Notes under the pieces: generated by a model
Databases searched by the model: none
What the model was told of the DNA's origin: nothing
What the model saw: the letters and a program-made list of their open reading frames with translations, nothing else
Position numbers and translations under genes: made by a program
In this document: piece by piece, positions 51,901 through 62,700 of the stretch
Numbering within the stretch: position 1 is the stretch's first letter
Layout of the letters: each line of letters opens with the position of its first letter
DNA from: Monocercomonoides exilis PA203
Lineage: Eukaryota; Protista; Preaxostyla
Reading direction: 5' to 3'
DNA: 64,000 nucleotides
Assembly (NCBI GenBank): GCA_001643675.2
Contig: LSRY02000052.1
Span: 372,001-436,000, forward strand

Positions 51901-54900
51901 CTTCTCATAGAAGCATCCAACTTTTGTGTAGTCTGATGTGCTTATATGATTTGTCCAGCAAGGAAATTCACACGTGTCGATGTCAAACGAATCAAAACGA
52001 GCAGGAAACGAAAGGCCTGCGATGAAAAACAGCGGGCTCAGCTCCTGAGAATGCGGACTGCGGTATGTTATCTTCGTTTTTGGGTGTTTGTGTGATGATG
52101 AGAAAGCACAACTTTTGAAAAGGGGTGTTCCACGTTGAGTCAGCTGAGGAGAAAACTGCAAAGTGTTGCTGATGCTGCTGTAGAGAGAAGCAGCAGATCT
52201 GTCGAGCATATTTCCATCGCTGTTGTGATGTGCCATTTTCGCTGCAGGAGACCGTTTCTCGTCTTGCTGCATTGAAACCAATTCAAGAAGCGCTTGTATG
52301 TTTTGCGGGTTGTTTGGTGCGTTGTTATTAAATTTCTGGATGAATGAAAAAAATTGATCATTTGGCTTGTACCTATACAAATTATTGAGCGCTGAAGTGG
52401 ACAGATGCTTTTTTTGATTGATGGCTTGAGCATTGCTGGTGTATTTTGGACTTGTTCCATTTGTTTTTTGTGAGGAAAGCTTATCCAAATATCTTTTGCG
52501 TGAAATCTGATTAACTCTTGAAGAAGAAGACGAAGAAGAAGAAAGAAGTTTTGTTGGATGGAATGAGCATGTTGCTGACTGCATCGGCAATTCTGCTGTT
52601 GATGCAGCTGTTTGAATAGAATCTTTCAACTGGCTGTTTGAAGTCAGCATTCCATTGCAATGTGCATTTGATACTAAATTTGGCGAGGTTGAAGAAGCAT
52701 CGGCAGTTGAGTGATAATGTGAAAAATCCCGCGAATCAGCAGAGGTGCAAGAGTCCTTCATCTTTGAGGGATATTCTGGTTTCACGAACAAAGAAGGCAT
52801 TGCAGAAGGAGGCGAATTGGAGGTACTGAAAGCAGATGTCTGAAATTGGGAAGGCGGGAAAAGGTGGGAATGGTTTGCAGGAGAAGCAAAGACTTCAGAA
52901 TGAACAGCGTCTGCGAGAAGAGAAGCAGCCACGTTTGAGGGAGAAGATACACTCTGAATTGAAGTATTGTTTTTGCCTGGCAGTTTCTGTTGCTTGCCTT
53001 CCATTTGTAATGAGTCTGAAAGAGGAAGCGACACTTCAGACAGATCTCGTCTTTCGCAGTTGATCAACTGAGTGTCTGAATCCTGTGTCTCCACCTCGTC
53101 AAGCTCTTCTTCGCTGAAAATTGAAAGGCTTTTTACAGAAAATGCATGCAAATGACGAGAAGTCGAAGAAGCAGTAAAATCAGCTGTCTGGTTTTGCTTC
53201 GGATGTATTGGAACATTTGAAGCAAACTGAGAGTGATCAGCTGTTTGAGAGCTGATTGGTTTGCCTTCTTCTTCCATTGGATGCTCATTAGCAGATTCTG
53301 TGTCTTCATATTCCTCTTCCACTTCCTCGTATTCGTACTCATCTGGCAGCACGACGCTTTTCGGTGTTTGAGCACCGACACATTCCAAATTCGCATTTCT
53401 TTGTATTTCTTGATCAGATGTGTCTGCTTTGAAAGGCAATAAATCGTTCTGACTGTCTCCATTGCTTTTCCATTCGTCAGCAGTTGTGGCTGTTGGATCC
53501 TGTGTGTTCAAACTGAATGTGTCTTTTTCGCAGCAAAGCACTGTTGATTCAACTGCATCCAACATCAGCGCTTGCTTTATGAGATCTTCACGTGACAATT
53601 CGTCTTTGTGCATTTCAATTATACACCCAAGCTCTTCTTTTCCTCCTCCTCCTGCTGTCACTACTGCCGATGCTGTAACTGCAGCTGATACTGTCTTTGT
53701 AGCTATGCATTTCTGATTCTTCTTTGAATTTACATCTTCATTTTTCAGAGTTTTTAAATCACCAACTTTGTTCGATGCCTGTAGGGCTTCAGTCTTCCCT
53801 TTATTTTCATTGCTGTTTTGGCTGCTGTTTGCCTTCTCCTTCTGCACATCCAGCGCTAACAGCATTTCCATGCGGCGTCTTTTGGTAAGCGCATCCTTCC
53901 TCTTCTTCCACAGGAACATACACAGTCCGCCTGTTGCAACGACAAAAGTGTCTCTTTTCCTGTTGAACGGACGGGACGACTGGAACGGCTGGGCTTGAGA
54001 GAAAGTGCTGGGCAGACTCTTCAGCGCAGATGCAGAAGAAGAGCTGGGGCTGGGCTGTTTGGCGATTCTTAAGGGAAGAAAGGTCAAAGACGTATTTATG
54101 TTGGGCTCTGTTGTTGCAGCAGAGTTTTCTGAGTCGATGTTGTTCAGCGACGATTGAAGAGACGCAACTTCTGAAGAAGAATTGGAGTGTATGGAAGAAT
54201 GTGACTGCAAATGGCTGTCCTGAGTGAATGGGTTCATCTGCCCTTCGGACGGAGTGTGTGGATTGCTTGTTTGTGCAGCAGATCGAATGTTTGGAGGAGC
54301 AAATGTGTTTTGAGGTGGGTTGATGAGAGAGGTGGATGACGAATGAAGTGATGAATGAGAAGAATGTTGAATTATTGAAGATTTTGTTCTGTCAGATGAG
54401 GGACTTATTTCTGAAGAGCAAGGCTTATCTGGATTTATGGAAATGTCGTGTGAATCTTTACTGGCATTTATTGAATGAGGTCTTTTCTCTTTTTCGTTTT
54501 CCTCTTCTTTTTGTTGTTGTTCATTCTCCTCTTCCTCTTCCTCCTCCTCCTCCTCCTCCTCTTCTTCTTCTTCTTCTTCTTCCGCCTCCTCCATCTTGCA
54601 GAATCCGAAGGACGAATCTTTTTCTCTTTGCTTTTTCCGTTCTCTTTTAGCTTGCTTTGCTGCTTTTGGCCAAACATAGCCAATCTGAAAGATGCTCTGC
54701 AAATGGCACAAAATCCTGCCTTTTTCAGTGCGAAGAGTCGAAGCCAGCTTTTCGGCTTTGAGTCTTTTGCTGCTTAGAGCATAGTGCAAGTCCCTATTGT
54801 GAGAGGAAAATGACAGAAATGGTGAAAGTTGATAGAAGAAAGCACAGTTTGAGGAGCAAGAAGACAAAGACGATTCATTTGCTTGAGAAGACGATGAGTG

Positions 54901-56088
54901 CTGTGTTCTGAATGAGCTTGAAGCTGATAGCTGAAGCGAAGAAGAGGCTGAAGAAGATCTCGAATTCACGTGGGAGTCAGTCGAAAATATGTCAGGCGTG
55001 TTAAAAGCAGCAGTTCGCATAGCAGGCGTAGACAAATCTGAAGCCAATGAATGTAAAATTGGGGTGTCTGGATGTGTTTGCGCTTGCGTGGCTGAAGAGA
55101 TGACTGGCGAAGAAGAATAGACAAGATGAGAACTTGGAGAAGCATTTATGATGGGAGATTGAAGCGCACTAAACGGACAACTGACAGGGGATTCTATGTG
55201 AACTGAAGGAGAATGAAATATGAAAGAAGGTGTGCTTTGAATGGAATCCGAACTGTCCGAATGAAGTAAATAATCCATCGACGGTGAAGAAGAACTGCAG
55301 GACAGTTTCCTGTTTGCTGAAAAATAAGGAGGAGATGTATTCACTTGCGAAGATTCTTTCATTGGTGTTAATGAATGTCTGCTACATGTCGAGCCTAATT
55401 CAACGCATTCCCTTCTCCTATCAATGTCATTTCTTGGACAATGAGACATATTTGCAAGATAGTTAATTATTGAAGTCTCCAATGAATGAATATTCTTTCG
55501 AAGGCAATAAAAAAGTTGATCAATCGAGAATTGAGGAATATCAATTCCGTTTTGATGAGAAATTCCTTTTGAAATATAATCAATCTCTTCATATCGTACT
55601 TTGCTATATTTTTCGATTGCGATTACAGAAGAAATGTCCCAATTATCTTTGTCAAGAAGTTTCAAAATGCTAAAAAATTGACTTTCAGAACTTTTTTGAG
55701 ATGTTCCAAGCATTCCGCAAAATCCTAAACTTCTTGCTGATGTGCATTTAGCAAGGGAAACGTATCTCTCTGCAATTCTTTGAATATCTGAAAGCAAGAC
55801 GGTTTTCAACGATCTTAGTTCTTTTTTCTTCTTGTTCAATTTAAATTCCTTTTTACTGAGTTTGTCTCGCAATTCAGAATAAGAGAAGCGTTTTTCTTTG
55901 AGATTTGAAAGCAATGAAAGATAATGTTCACTTTCTGCTTTATTAATTTCGATAGAAGATAATAATGCATTCATTTGCAATGTTCGCGTTTCAACGGTAG
56001 CAGCAATTTGTTCAAAGGGAAGAATGAACTCCCCTTGCTGGAAATTCATCAAAATATTTGATGATTTCCCGTTGATAAAATGTGCCAA
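48928..56088 (-). CDS. UVRAG/Vps38/Atg14-family PI3K-complex subunit, greatly expanded by low-complexity insertions; 5' exons unresolved
   Basis: 2386-aa ORF with an N-terminal coiled coil. The family motifs occur in order: ILCHLQSIFQI, FFIAGLSFP, ISTVLGVVAHLLHLLSVYLRSPLPHPVFPALSRSFV and IFPLF...FQTAVYLLWLDMEYLRSVVGL. Confidence 0.75.
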   Translation of the reverse strand: MAHFINGKSSNILMNFQQGEFILPFEQIAATVETRTLQMNALLSSIEINKAESEHYLSLLSNLKEKRFSYSELRDKLSKKEFKLNKKKKELRSLKTVLLSDIQRIAERYVSLAKCTSARSLGFCGMLGTSQKSSESQFFSILKLLDKDNWDISSVIAIEKYSKVRYEEIDYISKGISHQNGIDIPQFSIDQLFYCLRKNIHSLETSIINYLANMSHCPRNDIDRRRECVELGSTCSRHSLTPMKESSQVNTSPPYFSANRKLSCSSSSPSMDYLLHSDSSDSIQSTPSFIFHSPSVHIESPVSCPFSALQSPIINASPSSHLVYSSSPVISSATQAQTHPDTPILHSLASDLSTPAMRTAAFNTPDIFSTDSHVNSRSSSASSSLQLSASSSFRTQHSSSSQANESSLSSCSSNCAFFYQLSPFLSFSSHNRDLHYALSSKRLKAEKLASTLRTEKGRILCHLQSIFQIGYVWPKAAKQAKRERKKQREKDSSFGFCKMEEAEEEEEEEEEEEEEEEEEEENEQQQKEEENEKEKRPHSINASKDSHDISINPDKPCSSEISPSSDRTKSSIIQHSSHSSLHSSSTSLINPPQNTFAPPNIRSAAQTSNPHTPSEGQMNPFTQDSHLQSHSSIHSNSSSEVASLQSSLNNIDSENSAATTEPNINTSLTFLPLRIAKQPSPSSSSASALKSLPSTFSQAQPFQSSRPFNRKRDTFVVATGGLCMFLWKKRKDALTKRRRMEMLLALDVQKEKANSSQNSNENKGKTEALQASNKVGDLKTLKNEDVNSKKNQKCIATKTVSAAVTASAVVTAGGGGKEELGCIIEMHKDELSREDLIKQALMLDAVESTVLCCEKDTFSLNTQDPTATTADEWKSNGDSQNDLLPFKADTSDQEIQRNANLECVGAQTPKSVVLPDEYEYEEVEEEYEDTESANEHPMEEEGKPISSQTADHSQFASNVPIHPKQNQTADFTASSTSRHLHAFSVKSLSIFSEEELDEVETQDSDTQLINCERRDLSEVSLPLSDSLQMEGKQQKLPGKNNTSIQSVSSPSNVAASLLADAVHSEVFASPANHSHLFPPSQFQTSAFSTSNSPPSAMPSLFVKPEYPSKMKDSCTSADSRDFSHYHSTADASSTSPNLVSNAHCNGMLTSNSQLKDSIQTAASTAELPMQSATCSFHPTKLLSSSSSSSSRVNQISRKRYLDKLSSQKTNGTSPKYTSNAQAINQKKHLSTSALNNLYRYKPNDQFFSFIQKFNNNAPNNPQNIQALLELVSMQQDEKRSPAAKMAHHNSDGNMLDRSAASLYSSISNTLQFSPQLTQRGTPLFKSCAFSSSHKHPKTKITYRSPHSQELSPLFFIAGLSFPARFDSFDIDTCEFPCWTNHISTSDYTKVGCFYEKNQKGVTVLEPIYSIGAQNESIMQNKYSSTDPVFERNSFDQHFHSETNECTEQTDIRHSDEIIDLKSKHCLKNWKHRVHVKRSNALSSKESDCIINRNKQKVSNYFEYAPNYQDVHRIFCPTLAPSPGMNGIRDTEVISSSTISSRTADQNAANNLFPALSSCSHSLSTFTPLHLHPISASAHPQPETCAAFQPERTSGAIPKQSPSPISSPAFQGCKAIVDYVKLLPPLSFSSFEKISTVLGVVAHLLHLLSVYLRSPLPHPVFPALSRSFVMNGGWRAKEEWGKLFLLHSSIADLSHDAASFALAGSGTDLDLVRELVIQGKQYLGTHPSQQLSSDSFDAHLLNPIFSSLAKHITRATVLNIRGSSSVSSSFPKNSSSLRSNSSSSSSHSPSKSSDFCYHNDSFVYCPHKSSRSTPPARILLADLHTSMPMDRITAKPPKVSNEAPISIGSAIQASLKLFGSCFTSVLSLKKKRNSLRSSQRNSSKQNSPVATSANLYPIHSTAKSISPALQYLKQCAVPQNRQGGILQELALPLRQSFSFTPSSPFPSPSHSPSLALPSPSLSSSSSSSSSSVSSSVLSSEDRSAVNSSNAHQTSPLDTPIQNDTKRRRASNASFSERSIKTFANTDRALAQRSPSFNRSVSSTPQSTSPLSSSSPPSNSPAPSYLSKNNVTTKEICRNKCECIDSPSNNNLPRNSIDTINNASLNNSQPAIHSQKSPQSHSQSCTPVNPSEKPPCSKDKPVFDANAFKTRPIASRRNIPTAVCPSLGSSSFCSSLLPPYFPTTPSDLSSLADAISLAKSVSPLPPKKKIQSPSPPNPRLSISVDEYPEHFEQTDSNAQKKQLDASSVSDCIRRCSRSNPTKYHFFAYRPTSFLTFPLSQQSISIHVPPQSRALNSLHNKTILSALPLSYLLHSHSNQLSNGIIFPLFIDTHSGAVAPNDNDLNQFQTAVYLLWLDMEYLRSVVGLPPSAHQQFLESLFEIFFCVHGF

Positions 56089-56482
56089 TGATAATGTAGA
56101 AAAAACTAAAATGTAATGCTATTTTTGATCTCTAGAAATTTAAATAAAGATTTATGCAAACAACGAACATAACCATGCATAAAATAAACAAGTTAGCACG
56201 AAATTCATATTTTACGAAATTATTAATCAAACTGACAAATCAGTATTTCTACAAAGGTCTTTTTTTTAATCCGACTTTTTGACTGTGAACCTGAATATTT
56301 TTCACTAAAAGCATTTTTATTCAAATCTTTATCAAAAAAGATATTAATTGAACGATATCTTTAGTTTATTGGTGATAAATCAAGAAAAGCGTGAAAACAG
56401 CTGTTTTCATATTGTTTATGAATTGGAGTATTTTTTCCAATTTTGAATGATATTCTAACAATTTTGATTTTTTTTTGAAAAG

Positions 56483-56666
56483 AGATGGGACAAAATTTTA
56501 GCAATTATGAATAAAACAATGATTTATTCAAAACTTTTTCTGCAATCATTTAAAAAAAGTCTTTCATTCTCAGACATAACAATAAAGAAAATATTATAAA
56601 TTGAAACAAATATTTGAAAATATTGTGTGGAACATAATTCATTAACCAATGAAATTTGCGACATAT
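56483..56666 (+). repeat. ~185-bp dispersed MITE-like repeat copy between divergent genes
   Basis: Ends AGATGGGACAAAATT ... AAATTTGCGACATAT; cores CAAAACTTTTTC, TCTTTCATTCTCA and TGGAACATAATTCATTAA. Confidence 0.7.
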
Positions 56667-56705
56667 TCATATAATCCAAATAAAAAGTGGGAGATAGATC
56701 AATAA

Positions 56706-59700
56706 ATGGGATTTCTAAATGATGATGTATGCTTCTCTACACATCCGGGAGCCGATATTGCGCGCTTTGATACGCTTATGTACATTCATATTATACTTTT
56801 GTGTGATAAAACTTTTTTTATATATTTTGAACAAACACTTTGATAATTTTTTTGAAGATTTGTTCTTTTGATTTATTGCGTGAATTTTGCTTTATATTAC
56901 TTAATAAAAGCTAATGATTTGGGGACTGAAGATGCAATATCACTAGCAAGGTATTTTATTTTATATTTATATTTGAAATTGTGAAAATGCTTTTCGTTTT
57001 TGAAAGAGAAGCAAAATCAAAGAAATTTGACTTTTGGCGCTTTGTTGGATGGGTTTTGTTGGTATATGAAGGATTTCAGCTTTCATCACTTGCATTTGTC
57101 AAAGAATTCCAATTTTCTTCCAATGAAACGTCACCTCTTCAGTTACCATTTTTTGGAACATTTTTCCAAATTATTAAGATCATAACACTAAAATTGTCCG
57201 ATTGGATGTCTCTTATATTATTTTGTGTTTTCTTCATTGTTACTACTTTCGCTGCAATTTGGACTAAGCATCTGAAGAGGGATATGCATCATTTTTTAAA
57301 TCAGATTATTTGGGACTTTATGTATATACCAGCAACTCGCTCATTTGTGGAGGCTTTTGTATGTACTTATCATTGCAATTTTTTTGGTCAACCAGCTAGC
57401 TTCAAACCATATCCGCCAATGGATTTATATCATTCAGTACCTTGTAATTCTGTTGGATACACCATTTGGTTTGCAGCTGGGTATATAGGGACTCTCATGC
57501 TACAACCTTTGGCACTGAACTTTGTGGCCTTCAAAAAGAATGAATCTGATGCTGCAATGAGATTACGGCCTCGTTTTAATGTGCTTTTTTATGTCTGTAA
57601 GGTTTGAATTTTAAGAATTAGTTGAAACTTTAAAGCTTATTTTTAAAATATGTTTGTAATTTGATGAATCCGAACATATTATTCCATAAATTTGTGTTTC
57701 TTCTTTATCAATTGATAAATTCAAACTTATTAATTAGCTCGGAATGGTTGTAACTTCCACGATTTCTCCAAACGCTTACATTGTTTTGGGAATAAATACG
57801 ATAATTCTTTTTGCGCTGCTCATTTTCCATATTTATCTGCAGCCATGCCTTGGATTTGGCTTGGGAGTTAACAATCTTCGTTCGGCATTGTTTTTTGGAG
57901 AGTTTTCTTCGAATTTCTTTGCTCTGCTTGCTGAAATCTGGCCAGCTTACACTGAAATCTTTGTGATATTGATGCCTGTTGTGTACGTATGTGGGGCTGT
58001 CGTTGTATATAATTGCAACGCCATTCGCGGGTGGAAGAAGTCGCTGCCAAGATACCCGCTCGTTCGACTGCTGTATGGGTTCAAAACAGATTACAGACTG
58101 ACTGCGTGCTTGTCCATTGTGGATAAAATCGAAGATGTGACACTCGAGACAATGAAGCCTGCTATTTTGGCATTAATTGAGATTGCTCAGTCAGACTCTG
58201 CAACTGCAAAGGAACACGATTTGGCAATGAGCTATCTTGTGATGGCAAGCTGCAAGAAGATGGGTCCCCCAGCCTTTGCCGCTGTGGGGGGCTCTGTCGA
58301 TTTGGTGAAGCTTGTTCTGCGCGGGACGCTCTCGTCGCGGAAGGACATTCAGGATGTGCAGGAGATTATCAGCAACATTGCAGAGTATGACCCGATCAAT
58401 AAGTATACTGTGCCTCCAAGCCAGATGACGGAGCTGATGGAGTTGATTCTGTTTCTCTCGAATGCAATGCCTGAATCTGAGTTTCTTCCTGTGCTGATAA
58501 AGTATGGCTCCAACTTCATGCAAAATAAAAAATGTGTTGAATTGATGCGTGACTCCCCCCAACTGCAGTTGCTGGAGAAGACATCGCGAAATGTGGATGC
58601 GTCTTCAATCATCAGTAGCGTTCTTTCTGACTCTATTGACATTTTCGTACAATCCCACACTCCTTCTGCCGCTGAGATGAGTGGGACGCTTGCACAGCTC
58701 TGCTCATTCGCTGTACACCCCATATATTCTGTTGCAGGACATGCGTGCTATTCTTTGCTATTTGTTCTCATTCGAGTGAGAGATTTATCGTTTAATCGCG
58801 AGGTCAAGAATGCAATGGAATTATCTCCGTGCATTCAGGATATGAAAAACAAGACAGATATACTAGGGGTATTTGCACTGCAAGAGGGGGACATTGTCAG
58901 CATGCTGTTAAAGAAGAGAGAGGAAAGAGAGGAGAAAAGGAGAAAAGCTCTCGCTCAATTGGAAGATGGCAATGGAAAGAAAGAAAGAACAACGAGAAAG
59001 AGAAAATCGGATGGTTCATATGACTCAGAGAACAGCAGCAATGGAGAAGAAGACTCAGAAGCTTCGAGAAACTATGATGAATCGAAGAGGCCCAAAGAGG
59101 TTGAGGACTTTGAAGAGGAAGGGACCCAAGAAAACAAAGAGGAATCCAAAGAAGGCGACGCTGGCTTGTTGGACAGTGATTATGTGGATGTGAGTCTGTT
59201 GGATGTGAATGACGACCGTCCAGACAATGAAATTGAGATGCAGCTAACTCATAATCGGAAGGGTTTGGAGACTATTAGCTCACTTGGCAGAGGGCAGAAG
59301 GATGACAGCAAAAAGCAGGGAAAACAATTTAGCTTTGGAAAGTTTTTCTCTTGGGGAAAAAAATCGAAAAAAGATAAAAAAGGAAAGGGAGAGATCGAAG
59401 AAGAGCAGATATCTATTGAAGATCAAAAAGCAAGAATGGAAATAAACGCACAGAACAAAGTTCTGTCATCGCTTCTGTTTGTTCCGTGGGGAAATCAAGA
59501 CGACGAAAGCGAAGAAGAGGAGAAAGAGGCTAATGATTCTTCGTCTCAACGCAATTCTGATGAATTGCAAGCGTCTTTTTCAAATGATTTCGAATCCGAT
59601 TCGTCTGGAGACAGACACGGTCATCTCAGGAAGGAAAGAACAAAGAATAGCAGCTCGAAACGGCATGGCAGAAGAAGAGCGAAAGATTTGAATTCTGATT

Positions 59701-62700
59701 CGTCAGATGGTGATTCTTCATCAATACCACTCCCATCGGAGTTTTCGAGTGATTCGTCCAACATAAGTGACTCAGATCCAATTGAATTGGCATTGCTCGC
59801 TACTCCACATAATGGACATCTTGCAAAAGAGAGAAAGAGACGAGACAAAAAGAGAGAGAGAAAGAGGAAGAGAAAACAAGAGGATAAGAAAAATGGAAAG
59901 TTCCAAAATGATTCAAGCAGATGGAGTTCAAAGCAGAAGTCGCAGATGAATAAGAACTTGGAACAAGCACTGCAAAATCCACATCCATTTGAGAAGACGT
60001 CGCCACTTCAGCACATTTCTCGCGTTGTGCGAAAGCTGAAGAAGGCGAAGCAGAAGGTGCCACTTTTGGTTGATGTGACGAAGTTCCACCACGAAATGCC
60101 GAGAGACTTCGAAGAAGTGGAAGAAGGCGTATTCCACTCACAGCTCACGAAGAAGCTGAGGGACAATGGAATATCCTGGTTTGAAAAGAAGGTGCAGGAG
60201 AGGAAGGAGGAAAGAGAACAGAGGCTGAAGGAGCTTCTGGAGGACGAAGATTCGAATGAGACTGATCCCTCTCGAAGTTCAAGTGAGTATTCAGATGAGA
60301 GAATGCGTAGAAAAAGACATGCATTGAATCATATTGATGATGATGACTCTGATGATTCTGATGTTGATTTGCCAGAGCCAAATTCACCACCTCCACTGTC
60401 ATTGGATTCTCTTTCTACGCCTCCTTCTCCTTTGTTAGAAGTTGACTCTGATGAGGAATACGATAAAAACGGGGCTAACTTTGGAGATATGGATGAGGAG
60501 GACTTTGAGATGGATCTTCCACCCGCTCCTTCTTTTCCACCCGCTCCTTCTCCTCCTTCGTCTACTTCTTTACCATCTCCTCCTTCGTCTTCTTCTTTTC
60601 CATTGCCTCCTTCATCTCCATCATCAACAACTGACAAGTCATCCAATGGAAAGCAGCATCGAAAAAGGAAAAGAAAGCAAAAAGATATTTCGCCTGAAGA
60701 TGAACTTTCGAAACAGGCAAGAGTGAAAGCAGAGGCGGAAGCAGAAGCAAAAGAAAAAGAAGAGGAAGAAGCAGAAAGGCAGGTCATGTCAGACCCAACA
60801 TGGTTTGATGAGGAAGATCCTGAGTTTTCTATTCTTGCATTTGAATATGATGACAGGGAAGATGAGGACGAGGATGATGAGGGGGGTGATGAAGGTGGAA
60901 AGAAAAGAAAAGGGCAGCGACTTTCTGATCTTCTTGAAGAGAAGAAAAGAATGAACGATTATTTGATTCTTTCTCGTGCGTATTTTCGTGCATCTGAACA
61001 GTCTGCAGATGATCCTTCGAATGATCCTGATGCCGATTCGTCTTTTGGCGGAGAAAGCAAAATGAACAAAAGCGCATCTTCGGGTGGCACGTTGAAGTCG
61101 TTAGCAATGAAATTTTCATTGCTCAAAGGGAAATCCCAATCGTCTTCGTCGGATGTTGGTGCCTCTTCAAGCAATAAAGACCACAAAGTTTGGACTTCTC
61201 CGTTGGAAAACGAGAAGACATTCGCAATGTTTCGGCAGGTGCTCGAACAGCGAAGAAGAGAGAAAATGAGACTGAACGAGAGCAGAGTGCTGTTTTCTTC
61301 TTCAAATGCTCAGGCGAGTGCTGCTGAATCAAACCCACTTTCAGCGCCGGAGAGCTCGCCGAATGTAAAAACACAGATTTCTCCGTTTTCTGCTTCTACA
61401 AAGTATTCTGATGCTGTCAATGCTGCTGCCTCTGCTATTGGCATCAGGCCTTATTTCCCGCACAGTTACAGTCTTCCAGAGGAGGCAGTTGAGAAGCAAG
61501 CAAACCAAAAAGAAAAAATGAGAAAGGAAGAGTTGCCCGATGAAAAAGATAAGGAAGATCTGGACTTGTGGCTGGAAGAGGACGAAAAGAAAGAACTGGA
61601 GGCAAAAAGAAGAGAGTGCTGCCAGCAGCATTTGAAGATTATTAACCAAGGAGTCATGCCTCGATCTCAAGGCATATCGAAGTTTGCGTATTTCCTGAAA
61701 GGCAAGGACAATAGTGCTTCAGCGCTTGCAACAGGGGAGCAAGACATCTGGATCTATTCCTCTTTCATTCATGACTGCAAAAGAAAGCTTCTGCCGTCCT
61801 TCCAGGCAATTTTGCGACCCTTGTCGTTGGCGTTTTTACAGCCTGATCCATTTGACGAGATGTTCAACCCGTCTATTCTTCCCATGCCTCCAATTGTTCG
61901 AGAAAACGTTAAAGGAAACGATTTGCTTAAAGAGAAGGAGCTCAGCAATTCCCACCTCTTTTCGTTTCTGTCTGGAATTTCACCTCTTTCGTGCGTCGAC
62001 TATTCAAAAACATTGACTGAGGCCGGCTCTCTTCCGCTGGGGACAGCACTGCACCAATCGATGCTCAGCAAGCTGAATGTGAATGGGCTTAACTCGTTGG
62101 ATGCGTCGTTGACGATTGCTGGTCTGTCCAAGGAAATAGCAAATAAATCGAAAAAATCGGAAGACTGGGACGAGCCCGTTACGCTTGAGAGAGCACGTTC
62201 TGCGCTGACGGAGACATTCAACACTCAGCCGCTGTGGATTATGGACGAGCGCACATTCACAAGGCCTCAGTGTCGCATCCTTCCTGATCGCATCGAGGTT
62301 GAAGGGTTCGTGCTTGTGCGGGACATGTCCAGCGGGATGATAAAATTGGACGATCGGCTGTTTTTGAGTGGAAGCACACGCGCTGAAAGATTGGAGCAGT
62401 ATTCTTTTGCCAGAGCTCCGTATTATCGTGCTCGGATGGCGCTGCGGCTGAACCTGACAGTGGAAGAGATTACGACGGATGTAATTCAGGGGCTCAGAGA
62501 AGTTGTGAAGACAGATAAGACACAGACAGACGAATTTGATCATCAGAATATTGCTATTCAGCTATGGACAAAGAACGAATTTGAAGACGAAGAAGAATTT
62601 GAGGAGAAATTACTTGGAGGAAAAGTGCCCGAAAAGAAGGATAACTTGACGAAAGATGCTTCTGGAAGTTCCACTTTGAGAAGGGGAAAAGAAGGTTCTG

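Noticed and set aside
84-56666. CRISPR-like or tandem-array interpretation of the recurring repeat
   Set aside because: The copies are dispersed, long and diverged, with no repeat-spacer periodicity, and the context is eukaryotic.
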